From NCBI GenBank assembly GCA_002773985.1, contig PEZW01000009.1, forward strand, positions 23,546-87,545: a stretch of 64,000 nucleotides of DNA, written 5' to 3'. This DNA comes from Candidatus Berkelbacteria bacterium CG10_big_fil_rev_8_21_14_0_10_43_13. Its GTDB lineage: Bacteria > Patescibacteriota > UBA1384 > XYA2-FULL-43-10 > 1-14-0-10-43-13. Position 1 is the stretch's first letter. Every line of letters starts with the position of its first letter. Shown here piece after piece: positions 19,130 to 27,386 of this stretch. Made by a program: the position numbers and the translations under genes. The notes under the pieces are model-generated. The model did not search any database. It was not told where the DNA came from and was given only the letters and a program-made list of their open reading frames with translations.

Positions 19130-19840
19130 TTAAGTCTTTTTTACTCTCAAACTTTGCCCCAAAATAATTAAATTTTCCAAAACCAATCTCGGATTTACAT
19201 TTCTTTTTATTCTTTTCTGCGCTTTGACGATAGCCTGAACTAACTGCTCTGATCCTGTATCGGTTGTCGCCACCATTTCCTTTTCAGCCACTAATAAATA
19301 GTTGTTGAGAAAAGTCTCTGTGCCGCCTTCTTTGACAAGTTTTTCGATTGATTTAAATGAGGTTGCCAGATTTCCAGTCAATAATTGATCTAGATCAGAC
19401 GAATCCCCTAGTTCGGCTTGACTGTCAGTACTCTTGTAAACGCGACATCTTGACCGAATCGTTGCCAAGACATTCTCAGACTTTGCTCTCAAAATCAAGA
19501 TGACATTTTTTGGCGGTTCCTCTAGTACTTTAAGCAAAATATTGGCCGATGAGGAATTTAGTCTTTCGCAATTTTCCAAAATTCCAATCCGCGTTGGCCC
19601 ATAAGGAGAAAGTAAAATCTGATGAATAAACTCTTTGACAAACTCAACCTTGATCTCTTTGCCACGACTAGCCGAGTCTTCTTCCTCTCGAATGCGAATT
19701 ACGTCCAAGGAGATTGCTCCAGATTTCTCAATAATTCGCTCGATCGCTGGCTCGATTTCCAGATCATCCGCCCCGATAAGCAAGTAGGCATGTGACTGAC
19801 TTTTCTCTAGATTGATTTTTGCGGTCAAACCCATAAGCAT
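19130..19840 (-). CDS. holB: DNA polymerase III delta-prime subunit
   Basis: SANILLKVLEEPP and TIRSRC motifs. No functional P-loop. Confidence 0.8.
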   Translation of the reverse strand: MLMGLTAKINLEKSQSHAYLLIGADDLEIEPAIERIIEKSGAISLDVIRIREEEDSASRGKEIKVEFVKEFIHQILLSPYGPTRIGILENCERLNSSSANILLKVLEEPPKNVILILRAKSENVLATIRSRCRVYKSTDSQAELGDSSDLDQLLTGNLATSFKSIEKLVKEGGTETFLNNYLLVAEKEMVATTDTGSEQLVQAIVKAQKRIKRNVNPRLVLENLIILGQSLRVKKT

Positions 19841-19936
19841 AATGTAGCAAAGCCAATCTGAATTGACAATACACAGACAGATAGTAGAATGAAGATAACA
19901 ATTCTTAATTCTTAATTCTTACCACTGTTGTATAAT

Positions 19937-20145
19937 TGTCATCCTGTCTTCGACTCTGAGGTCTAGCGACCTCGTCGCTCAGACTCGAATGAGAGCCGAT
20001 CTAGCTTGGAGGCGAAGGATCTAAGAGCCCTGTCCTGCCGGCCGGCCGTAGCCATTCGACTTGCGCTCATGGTCTGAGTGTAATTGAAGACTTTAACGAA
20101 GGCTGGAGTGAAATCGAACGGATTCTTCGTAGCCTCAGAATGACG
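19937..20145. repeat. MITE-like palindromic element, about 209 bp (TGTCATCC...GAATGACG), containing the hairpin gaaggctgg..cgtagcctc
   Basis: Terminal inverted repeats. Internal gctcatggtctgagtgtaattgaagac matches the 10699-10847 copy. Confidence 0.55.
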
Positions 20146-20199
20146 CCTAACGTCGAATTGTACAACACTGGTAATAATTAGAATTTGAGTGGAGATATT

Positions 20200-20538
20200 A
20201 TGACAAAAGTAAATATCGAAGATCTCGAGGACAAATCGCTCATCTGCGTTGACTGCGGTAATAAATTCATCTGGACAGCTGGTGAACAAAAATTTTTTAT
20301 CGAAAAAGGACTGAAAAATTTGCCCAAACGGTGCAAGATCTGCACTGCTAAAAATCGTGATAAACTTCGCGAAAAACATCCTATGTGGTGGGCGAAATGT
20401 CGTATTTGCAAGAAGAAAAACGAGGTGCCGTTTGAACTGACGACGGACGATATTTTGTGCGAGGAGTGCTACAAAAAGGAGCTAATCAAACGCAATAACG
20501 CCCTCATCGCCGCCGGCGAGACGGTTCCAGAAAATTAA
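20200..20538 (+). CDS. Zinc-ribbon protein (four CxxC pairs)
   Basis: CVDCG..CKIC..CRIC..CEEC. GGAG RBS 8 nt before the ATG at 20200 (track ORF begins at an upstream TTG). Confidence 0.6.
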   Translation: MTKVNIEDLEDKSLICVDCGNKFIWTAGEQKFFIEKGLKNLPKRCKICTAKNRDKLREKHPMWWAKCRICKKKNEVPFELTTDDILCEECYKKELIKRNNALIAAGETVPEN

Positions 20539-20667
20539 CGGCATTTTCAACAAAAACAGGTCTGTGTTTTTTTGTTTTAGCACAAACTACAGTACCATAT
20601 AGTACTGTAGTAGAAATAAAAAAATAGCGTCCCAAATTACAGATAATCTGCAAAAGACACTATTTTT

Positions 20668-20862
20668 TTATTTTTCGGCCGATACCGGCTGAGCCTCAGC
20701 ACTTGAAGCAATCTTTTTCACCGATTTGAGACAACGAGTACAAATAACCAGACCGCTGACTTTTTGCAGGTTTGGTTTGAATTGTCGCTTAGTGTGAATT
20801 TGTGAATGTGATACAGCGTTTCCAGCTGTTTTGCTCTTGGAGCAGATTTGACATCGGGCCAT
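20668..20862 (-). CDS. rpmB: 50S ribosomal protein L28
   Basis: MARCQICSKSKTAGNAVSHSQIHTKRQFKPNLQ matches the L28 signature. Confidence 0.85.
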   Translation of the reverse strand: MARCQICSKSKTAGNAVSHSQIHTKRQFKPNLQKVSGLVICTRCLKSVKKIASSAEAQPVSAEK

Positions 20863-20974
20863 TTGGTTTACTCCGATCTGATAAATTTGCTATAATTATG
20901 TCTAACAGGAATATATTCTAACAGATTTTGTTTTATTAATCAACGTCACCTGTTTGTAACCACTCACTCATATC

Positions 20975-21102
20975 TGTCATCCTCGGGTTCAGCGATGTAG
21001 CTTGAGAGTGAAGCCCGGGGATCCAGAAAGTTTGGTTACGATTGTGCTACCTGGATTCCCACCGGAGTTTACCCCGTACTCTGATACGGGGCGGGAATGA
21101 CA
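20975..21102. repeat. MITE-like palindromic element, about 128 bp (CATCTGTCATCC...GGGAATGACAGATG)
   Basis: 13-bp terminal inverted repeats. Internal ccggggatcc and ggattccc palindromes. Confidence 0.55.
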
Positions 21103-21161
21103 GATGTAGCCAAGTGAGCAGCTACTACCATTTCGTCAATTTTATTAAATGAAAGTTATTT

Positions 21162-21809
21162 ATGTTAATTTTGGGTCTTTTCGGTAGCAACGCGACATTC
21201 GCTATAATCTTTATTGTCGCACTGCTGATTTGCTTGACAGTTCACGAATATGCTCACGCCTTGGTAGCAACCAAGCTCGGTGACCCGACTGCAAAACTTG
21301 ATGGACGGCTGACGCTCAATCCTATCGCCCACCTCGATCCGATGGGAACAGTCTTTTTGCTTCTGGTTGGCTTTGGCTGGGGCAAACCTGTGCCAATCAA
21401 CCCCAGATACTTTTCCAAAAAAAGCGATGAGATTTTAGTTGCCTTGGCTGGAATCACCACAAATTTAATTTTAGCTCTTGCTTGTGCCATTCCTCTGAGA
21501 AGTTTGCTTGCTAGCAACCAGGCAGCAGGAGCGTCGACATTGATCGTTTTTCTTAGTGTAATGGTTTTACTCGATGTAATTCTAGCCGTATTTAATCTCC
21601 TGCCGATTCCCCCACTTGATGGCTCACATGTCGTCGAATATTTTCTCTCCGATAGTGCAAAATACCAATATCAATTCCTCGGACCATATCTGCTGATCGG
21701 ATTGATTCTCCTTGATTATTTTTCCAGCACCTCGATAATTTTCGCTCTTGCTGAGCCGGTCATCAGATTCATCGCCGGCAGTCAGATAACTCAATTATTT
21801 TTCCGCTAA
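21162..21809 (+). CDS. Site-2 protease family (peptidase M50) membrane metalloprotease
   Basis: HEYAHA zinc motif in a TM helix, multiple TM segments, LDGSH motif. Confidence 0.8.
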   Translation: MLILGLFGSNATFAIIFIVALLICLTVHEYAHALVATKLGDPTAKLDGRLTLNPIAHLDPMGTVFLLLVGFGWGKPVPINPRYFSKKSDEILVALAGITTNLILALACAIPLRSLLASNQAAGASTLIVFLSVMVLLDVILAVFNLLPIPPLDGSHVVEYFLSDSAKYQYQFLGPYLLIGLILLDYFSSTSIIFALAEPVIRFIAGSQITQLFFR

Positions 21810-21938
21810 AACGAGGTAGTTTCTAATTGCTCTAATTAGCTTAATTGCTCTAAAAAAATTCCCAAAAAACCAATTTCTAAGCTTGGGTAGTTGGCGTTTG
21901 GGATTTATTTAGGTCAATTAGAAATTAGAATAATTAGG

Positions 21939-22745
21939 TCAATTTGTGTCGTTGACATTCATATTCACCACGGCATAGCCAACACCAAATGGTCCTTCGT
22001 ACGAGTAGACTTCAGGCTTATAATCCAGACCAGACAAAACCCCAAGCAAAATCAGTATTGAACGGTAGCCACACTCACCAACTTTCTCCAGCATCTCATC
22101 AGACATATTCATAATAGAATACTCATCACCCTTCTTGATCAGAGATAATATTTCGTTGTCAAAAGCTTTTCCTTCAGCAGAAGCACTGCCAATCAGCCTG
22201 TGGCTCAGATCACCAGAAGCGATGACAGCAACTCTTTCATCGTCATGACGTTCGATCACCTCGGAAATGATCTGGCCAAAAGAGCAGTGTTCACTCTGGC
22301 TAGCATAAGAGTAACTCAGTGGCAAAATCTTGGCTGGATAATCGAGCGCAGGCATCAGAAAATGAATTGGCACCAGAACGCCATGGTCAACTTCGTACTG
22401 ACCATCACCGTTGTTGTACAAAATTGTCGGCAGACCCTCGCTCTCAGCTTTATCGACAATTTCTCCGGCCAATTCAAGATTGTTGTGACCACGCCAATTG
22501 ATCTCCGGCGCTTCAAAAGCAGCGAAAGAGCCAAAAAGCTCTGACATCCCGCACACTGTAAATAAGTGCGGATAATGAATCATATGCGGCGAGATGATGA
22601 TAATTGTGTCCGGCTCAGCCGCCGCCAATTCCCCCGCCAATTTTTGATAAGCAGAAATAGTCGTTACTGTTTTTTTGGTGTCTTCCTTGCCGACCTCCGG
22701 TACGATAATCGGCGGATGCGGCACGATCCCGGCAAATACTAGCAT
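21939..22745 (-). CDS. LigB-type extradiol dioxygenase-fold / Memo-like protein (AmmeMemoRadiSam system protein B-like)
   Basis: N-terminal GIVPHPPIIVPEVG and GDLSH motifs resemble the class III extradiol dioxygenase B / Memo1 family. Family assignment is tentative. Confidence 0.45.
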   Translation of the reverse strand: MLVFAGIVPHPPIIVPEVGKEDTKKTVTTISAYQKLAGELAAAEPDTIIIISPHMIHYPHLFTVCGMSELFGSFAAFEAPEINWRGHNNLELAGEIVDKAESEGLPTILYNNGDGQYEVDHGVLVPIHFLMPALDYPAKILPLSYSYASQSEHCSFGQIISEVIERHDDERVAVIASGDLSHRLIGSASAEGKAFDNEILSLIKKGDEYSIMNMSDEMLEKVGECGYRSILILLGVLSGLDYKPEVYSYEGPFGVGYAVVNMNVNDTN

Positions 22746-23042
22746 TTTGACCTCAATACTATTTAGCTATTTCAATTCTTTGTTTTGTCCTCAACTTAAT
22801 TATATCAAACTTTATCTTTTATGTTCAGTAAAAAAACTAAGTATTTGTCTACAAATATTCACGATCGTGGAAAATCATAGACAAATTAATAATATTATTT
22901 ATTACTTTTTGTAATATTGACTGTGAATTTGAAACCGTAACAAGCAGGGGGCTGACCTTGAAATAATTACCATGAATAAAAAATTAGCCCTGGAAGGGGC
23001 TAATTTTTTACAATATACTTTATAACTCTATACTATATACTT

Positions 23043-23306
23043 TTACTCTTTACTCTCCCAGTACTCTTCTGCCTCCTCCTCCATCGCTTCGAGGCGGGTA
23101 TAGTAATCAGGAAATTCGTTCAGATGTGCTAGAGCAATTTTACCAGTTGTCAGCGGATCATCGCCAGAAACGTCCGTCTCCGGATCGACCTTGCCGTGCT
23201 CCAGCTCGACATCCATACCACGGCGAAACTGATCAACGTCAAATTTATCCCACGTAATTCCCAATTTTTCGCCAATTTCCTTGGCAACATCTTCACTAAA
23301 TTTCAT
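23043..23306 (-). CDS. Small acidic hypothetical protein
   Basis: 87-aa ORF with an AT-rich tandem repeat array in its upstream region. Confidence 0.5.
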   Translation of the reverse strand: MKFSEDVAKEIGEKLGITWDKFDVDQFRRGMDVELEHGKVDPETDVSGDDPLTTGKIALAHLNEFPDYYTRLEAMEEEAEEYWESKE

Positions 23307-23330
23307 TGTGTGTTCCTTCCGCTTTATTAA

Positions 23331-23420
23331 GATTATGACTTTACAAACTTGATAAACTTTATGACTTTATAAACTTTACAAACTTTTTAACTTTACAAAC
23401 TTTTTAACTTTATAAACTAT
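23331..23420. repeat. Degenerate tandem array of about 11-17 bp AT-rich units (CTTTACAAACTTTTTAA / CTTTATAAACTT)
   Basis: Five to six units seen directly. Similar units at 14700-14756. Confidence 0.6.
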
Positions 23421-23421
23421 A

Positions 23422-23655
23422 TTATTCTTTGCTCAACCCAAACCGCCAGATGGTTAGAATTAATATCACTACAATCCAGCCAAGGGCGATCCACACATGG
23501 ATTAGATTATCTAAAATTCTACCACCAAGTAGTGAAACCGACCGCATAATCCGAGGTAACGGTGATAACGGCAATATTTGAACGATATTATAGAGCCATT
23601 TCGGCAAGGAATCGATCGGAAAAAACATCATCGGAATAGTGATGGCTGTTGACAT
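23422..23655 (-). pseudogene. ABC-2 type permease C-terminal fragment
   Basis: 77-aa hydrophobic ORF, too short for a permease. Paired with a truncated ABC ATPase immediately upstream. Confidence 0.45.
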
Positions 23656-23876
23656 CCCTTTGTCATGGTGTAACCCAGTACTTTAATACTGCCGGAAGTT
23701 GCCAAGCGCAAACCTTCGATAATTTCTAGTGTTGTTGTCTTGCCGGCACCATTTTCTCCAAGCAAGCCAAAGATTTCTCCCTGTTTGACCTCGAATGAAA
23801 TACCGTTGACCGCAACCAACTCTCCGTATTGTTTGACCAAATTTTTTATCACAATTACGTTTTTCATAATCACCAA
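23628..23876 (-). pseudogene. ABC transporter ATP-binding protein, N-terminal fragment only
   Basis: Walker A GENGAGKTT present, but the ORF stops after about 80 aa. No Q-loop, signature or Walker B. Confidence 0.55.
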
Positions 23877-24041
23877 ATTAATGACAGAAATATTATACCA
23901 AGGTAGGGCAACTATTCAAGGCTAGATAGCTAAATTTTATTTATTTCAGTTGATAAATCAGCAAATGTCCAAAACATTTTCACCTCTTGTCGCCACAACT
24001 AATTGTCGCTATAATCAATTGGTAAATAAAAACAGGAAAAT

Positions 24042-24725
24042 ATGGAAATCCCTCAACATATCGCTATTGTTCCAGACGGCAATCGCCGCTGGGCGAAATC
24101 AAAAGGTTTGCCGACATTGCTCGGACACAAAAAAGGCTTTGATCGGACATATGAAATAATCTCACACGCCCAGAAGATGGGTGTCAAAGTGATCACCTTC
24201 TACGCCTTTTCCACCGAAAATTGGAATCGAGCCCGCAAAGAGGTTGACTATCTCATGAGCCTTTTTGTCCTCTTTTTTGACAAAAAGATGGCAAAATTAA
24301 ATGAGATGGGGATCAAATTGCGGCACCTCGGTGACATCAGCCGTCTGAACGAAGAATGTGCTTCCAAGCTCAAATCTGGCATTGAAATGACAAAAGACAA
24401 TGTCGGACTGGTCGTGCAATTGGCGATTAATTACGGTGGCCATGATGAGCTTAAGCGCGCAATCCAGAAAATTGTGACAAAAAAATATACCCCTGAGGAA
24501 ATTGACGAAAAAGTCATCAGTGACAATCTTGATACTGCTGGAATCGCTGACCCAGACCTCGTTATTCGCACTTCTGGTGAAAAACGTCTGTCAAATTTCC
24601 TGCTTTGGCAGTCAGCCTACTCCGAGCTTTATTTTCCGGTCTTAGCCTGGCCTGATTTCAGCAAAAAAGAATTTGACAAGGCAATAGAAGAATACAGCAC
24701 TCGCCAACGCCGACTCGGAAAATAG
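24042..24725 (+). CDS. uppS: Undecaprenyl-diphosphate synthase (cis-prenyltransferase)
   Basis: DGNRRWA, FSTENWNR and RTSGEKRLSNFLLWQSAYSE motifs. Confidence 0.9.
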   Translation: MEIPQHIAIVPDGNRRWAKSKGLPTLLGHKKGFDRTYEIISHAQKMGVKVITFYAFSTENWNRARKEVDYLMSLFVLFFDKKMAKLNEMGIKLRHLGDISRLNEECASKLKSGIEMTKDNVGLVVQLAINYGGHDELKRAIQKIVTKKYTPEEIDEKVISDNLDTAGIADPDLVIRTSGEKRLSNFLLWQSAYSELYFPVLAWPDFSKKEFDKAIEEYSTRQRRLGK

Positions 24726-24760
24726 GCCTTTATTCACTGATTAGAACCAATAATATTATG

Positions 24761-24789
24761 TGTTGACATTATTGTTTAACACTAATATA
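24761..24789 (+). promoter_or_regulatory. Near-consensus sigma70 promoter (TTGACA - 17 nt - TATATT) for the 24824 gene
   Basis: ttgacattattgtttaacactaatatatt, followed by the strong SD AAGGAGG at 24813-24819. Confidence 0.5.
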
Positions 24790-24823
24790 TTTTAAGTAGA
24801 TTAGAAAAAATATAAGGAGGCTT

Positions 24824-25480
24824 ATGACTTCTGAAACACTTAGTGCTGGACCAGATGAGATGCTTACGGAATCCGATAGAGATGATGCCGCAAGAGTTGG
24901 CGAAAAAGTCGAACCAGGCACATCGCCTCTGATAGGTTCAGATAAATTAAATAACGCTACTTCCGAAGCTACACCATCAACAGCAGAGACAACGGTCGAG
25001 AAAGAAGAAGACCCTGAAGACAAAAAACTTCGCGAAGAAATGGAATTTAAGGTTTATTTGCTCAGAATTACTGGCATACAAAGGATTGGCGTTGACAAAC
25101 TTCTCAGTCGAGAAGCTGAAGAGCCTGATCATGAACCATACATATTTCCTGATAATTTACTTGATCTCATGGACGATATGCTGGGTGATAAGCAAACAAC
25201 TCATGATCAATTGATGGATATCAAAGCAGCGCTCGACATTATTGGAGGTGAAGTCACAGCCGATGAAGAAGCCGAAATACACCGACAATATGAAGCTTTG
25301 GGAGATGAGGAAAAAATTAAACCTTTGATTCTGCCGGGCATTAAAGATTTACGTAGCGCTGCCGCATACAAATTGTTGGGGAATTATCAAGAAACCGCAC
25401 CTAGATTGAGCGCTGAAATTCGACATGACAGCAGACCAATGGATCGCAAAGGCTATCCGTATTATACAAGAGAGAGCTAG
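24824..25480 (+). CDS. Acidic hypothetical protein
   Basis: 218-aa ORF with a strong RBS and promoter. D/E-rich. Confidence 0.6.
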   Translation: MTSETLSAGPDEMLTESDRDDAARVGEKVEPGTSPLIGSDKLNNATSEATPSTAETTVEKEEDPEDKKLREEMEFKVYLLRITGIQRIGVDKLLSREAEEPDHEPYIFPDNLLDLMDDMLGDKQTTHDQLMDIKAALDIIGGEVTADEEAEIHRQYEALGDEEKIKPLILPGIKDLRSAAAYKLLGNYQETAPRLSAEIRHDSRPMDRKGYPYYTRES

Positions 25481-25557
25481 TTGATTAACAAAAACATCAC
25501 TTGGAGCAATCAATTTAATTCACTCATCTAGCAAAAATGCTTCGTATAGTTTGAAAA

Positions 25558-25633
25558 TGGTACCCTCAAGAGGAATCGAACCTCCGACTTCACGGACCGG
25601 AACCGTGCGCTCTATCCACTGAGCTATGAGGGC
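25558..25633 (-). tRNA. tRNA-Arg (anticodon CCG)
   Basis: Acceptor GCCCTCA/TGAGGGT, D-arm GCTCAGTGGATAGAGC, anticodon stem CACGG/CCGTG with loop TTCCGGT, T-arm GGAGGTTCGATTCCTCT, CCA encoded. Confidence 0.8.
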
Positions 25634-25720
25634 AATATAGAATTAGAAATTAGGAATTAGGAACAGTAAAGACACTGTCTTTTCTTCCCGATATTTATAA
25701 CATTTTTCTTGACTAAATAC

Positions 25721-25755
25721 AAAAACTGCCCAAGATCTTCGAGGCAGTTTTTGTA
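25721..25755. terminator. Bidirectional rho-independent terminator (ctgcc-caagatcttcgag-ggcag, flanked by A5 and T6)
   Basis: Hairpin plus T-run on the plus strand. The A-run gives a U-run for the minus strand. Confidence 0.6.
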
Positions 25756-25763
25756 TACTTGGA

Positions 25764-25856
25764 TTACTCGTTTTTTGACGAGCCGAGCCAACGCACGAGA
25801 AGGATCAGAACGATGATGATGAGCAGCCACCAGTACCATTGCATTCCCCAAAGCAT
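25764..25856 (-). CDS. Candidate 30-aa hydrophobic peptide (MLWGMQWYWWLLIIIVLILLVRWLGSSKNE)
   Basis: ATG ORF ending immediately before the bidirectional terminator. Preferred over the overlapping TTG-initiated 64-aa track ORF. Confidence 0.3.
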   Translation of the reverse strand: MLWGMQWYWWLLIIIVLILLVRWLGSSKNE

Positions 25857-26175
25857 TTTGCTCCTTTCTAGTCTGATACGACTTTTATATTAGCTTATGT
25901 CAATTTTTTCAATCTCCTAAACACTTTAATTGTAAAACATCTGAGAACTAATTCAAGTCAAAAATAACGACTGAATAATCTTATTTGCTCTGAGAGCCGA
26001 TAAAAAGAAAAATTGTAAAAAAGCGGTAATTGTGGTTTATTAGTTTATATCGGAGATTAGCGCCCCACTTTGCCAAAGCCTGCCTGTCGGCAGACAGGGC
26101 TACGCGGGGCAAGCAGTCTTCCCGATATTCATCGGGATAAAGTCCGCGCATAGCGTTCGCCCTGTACTAAATATT

Positions 26176-26251
26176 CGGGGATTGGCCTAATTGGTAAGGC
26201 GCACGATTCGGGTTCGTGAGATTGGCAGTTCAAGTCTGCCATCCCCGACCA
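26176..26251 (+). tRNA. tRNA-Pro (anticodon CGG)
   Basis: Acceptor CGGGGAT/ATCCCCG, D-arm GCCTAATTGGTAAGGC, anticodon stem CACGA/TCGTG with loop TTCGGGT, T-arm GGCAGTTCAAGTCTGCC, CCA encoded. Confidence 0.8.
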
Positions 26252-26267
26252 CTGATTATTGTAAGTA

Positions 26268-26381
26268 CGGGGCGAATAACGCTGCCTGTCCTCCGTAGCT
26301 TTAGCGAAGGAGGAAGGTCGTGGGTTCAAACTTGCCCTGAAGCGAACTAGTTCTGCTTCAGGGTTCCGCATCCCCGACCGT
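26268..26381 (+). pseudogene. tRNA-like remnant sharing the tRNA-Pro 5' and 3' ends (CGGGG...CATCCCCGACC), with an embedded conserved hairpin
   Basis: Direct repeat of the tRNA-Pro 3' end at 26370-26380. Internal hairpin TCCTCCGTAGCTTTAGCGAAGGAGGA. No valid cloverleaf found. Confidence 0.3.
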
Positions 26382-26431
26382 CTTTTGTCCTCCTCTGGCT
26401 ACAGATGGCACAACCAAAATTTTCAATATAA

Positions 26432-26456
26432 AAGAGCCTACCGGCTCATTTTTTGA
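26432..26456 (+). terminator. Rho-independent terminator (gagcc-tacc-ggctc + T6)
   Basis: Hairpin followed by TTTTTT. Confidence 0.55.
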
Positions 26457-26562
26457 TTATTAAAATATTAATAATAGGTATCCTTTCCGGAGGGACAAGT
26501 CGTCAGACTCATCCCCCCGCGATACTTTTGGGCCGTAGCCCAGACTGTACAGAACCGCACTA

Positions 26563-27000
26563 CTACTCCCACATGAAGACTCGCACTATCTGGTAGGTAC
26601 AAACAGCCCCACTCTGGGATTTAAGCACCCACCTATCGCCTTCAGGAACGAGCACTAGCGTCTGACAGCTGTCTTGATGACGGATCCTCAACTCGTCAGC
26701 TGAGATTGTCAATGTGGCGCCACTCTTAGTGGTCGACCCATTGTGACAGCACCCAACAACTTCGCTTCCGCCATCAAGATTGAATTCGAAGAGCGCTGGC
26801 CAGACTTTGCCGCTCTGCTCCCACGACAGATGAACGACAATTGACAACGTGATTCCAAGCGTGTCTTGCAGACACAACAAGGTTTCCTGTGGCCCTAGCA
26901 TTGTGCAACCCCTTTTATTTTGGTTTTTGCGACTCAGATTTTCAAACCCGAACCGCAAGACAAAAACAAAAACCGCCTCGTCGGCGGTAGTATTTATCAA
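26563..27000 (-). CDS. Hypothetical protein in a GC-rich islet between two tRNA-Pro genes
   Basis: 145-aa ORF. The region is about 52% GC. The real start may be an internal Met. No recognizable domain. Confidence 0.3.
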   Translation of the reverse strand: MINTTADEAVFVFVLRFGFENLSRKNQNKRGCTMLGPQETLLCLQDTLGITLSIVVHLSWEQSGKVWPALFEFNLDGGSEVVGCCHNGSTTKSGATLTISADELRIRHQDSCQTLVLVPEGDRWVLKSQSGAVCTYQIVRVFMWE

Positions 27001-27147
27001 GCTAATTATTATTAACTAGAAAATCACCGCCAAAAGGCAGAAATAATAATCGAGTTAATAACTATATTCTTCTTGGTCATTAACACTAACGATAATATAA
27101 AAAATCAAAAATTTCAATACCAGAGTTTGAGCCACTTTTCTGAAGAT

Positions 27148-27223
27148 TGGTCGGGGAGACCCGACTTGAACGGGCGACCTCATGACCCCCAGCCATGCGC
27201 ACTACCAACTGTGCTACTCCCCG
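27148..27223 (-). tRNA. tRNA-Pro (anticodon GGG)
   Basis: Acceptor CGGGGAG/CTCCCCG, D-arm GCACAGTTGGTAGTGC, anticodon stem CATGG/TCATG with loop CTGGGGG, T-arm GTCGCCCGTTCAAGTCGGGTC, CCA encoded. Confidence 0.75.
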
Positions 27224-27247
27224 AAATTATTTTGCGCGGCACTTTTC

Positions 27248-27271
27248 CACCGTAGCTTCAGCGAAGGTGGG
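27248..27271. repeat. Conserved hairpin CCACCGTAGCTTCAGCGAAGGTGG next to tRNA-Pro(GGG)
   Basis: Near-identical to 26292-26315 (TCCTCCGTAGCTTTAGCGAAGGAGGA). Confidence 0.5.
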
Positions 27272-27386
27272 CCAACTAAGCCACACCCTGAAAACTTGAT
27301 CTGAGCGTATCGCAAAATAATAAAATTGTGAAGGCTGGAAAAAAGCTTAGTTTATTCTTTCTAAAAACTTTGATAACATATTAAAT

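Noticed and set aside
19963-20411. Minus-strand ORFs 19963-20379 and 20178-20411
   Set aside because: They overlap the MITE-like repeat and run antisense to the zinc-ribbon gene, which has a proper RBS.
26480-26960. RNase P RNA or tmRNA hypothesis for the GC-rich islet between the tRNA-Pro genes
   Set aside because: On either strand I found no P4 consensus (GGAAAGUCCGG / ACAGAANCCGGCUUA), no tmRNA 5' GGGG...UUCGAC / 3' T-arm-CCACCA pair, and no ...LAA-stop tag frame. Left as unassigned.
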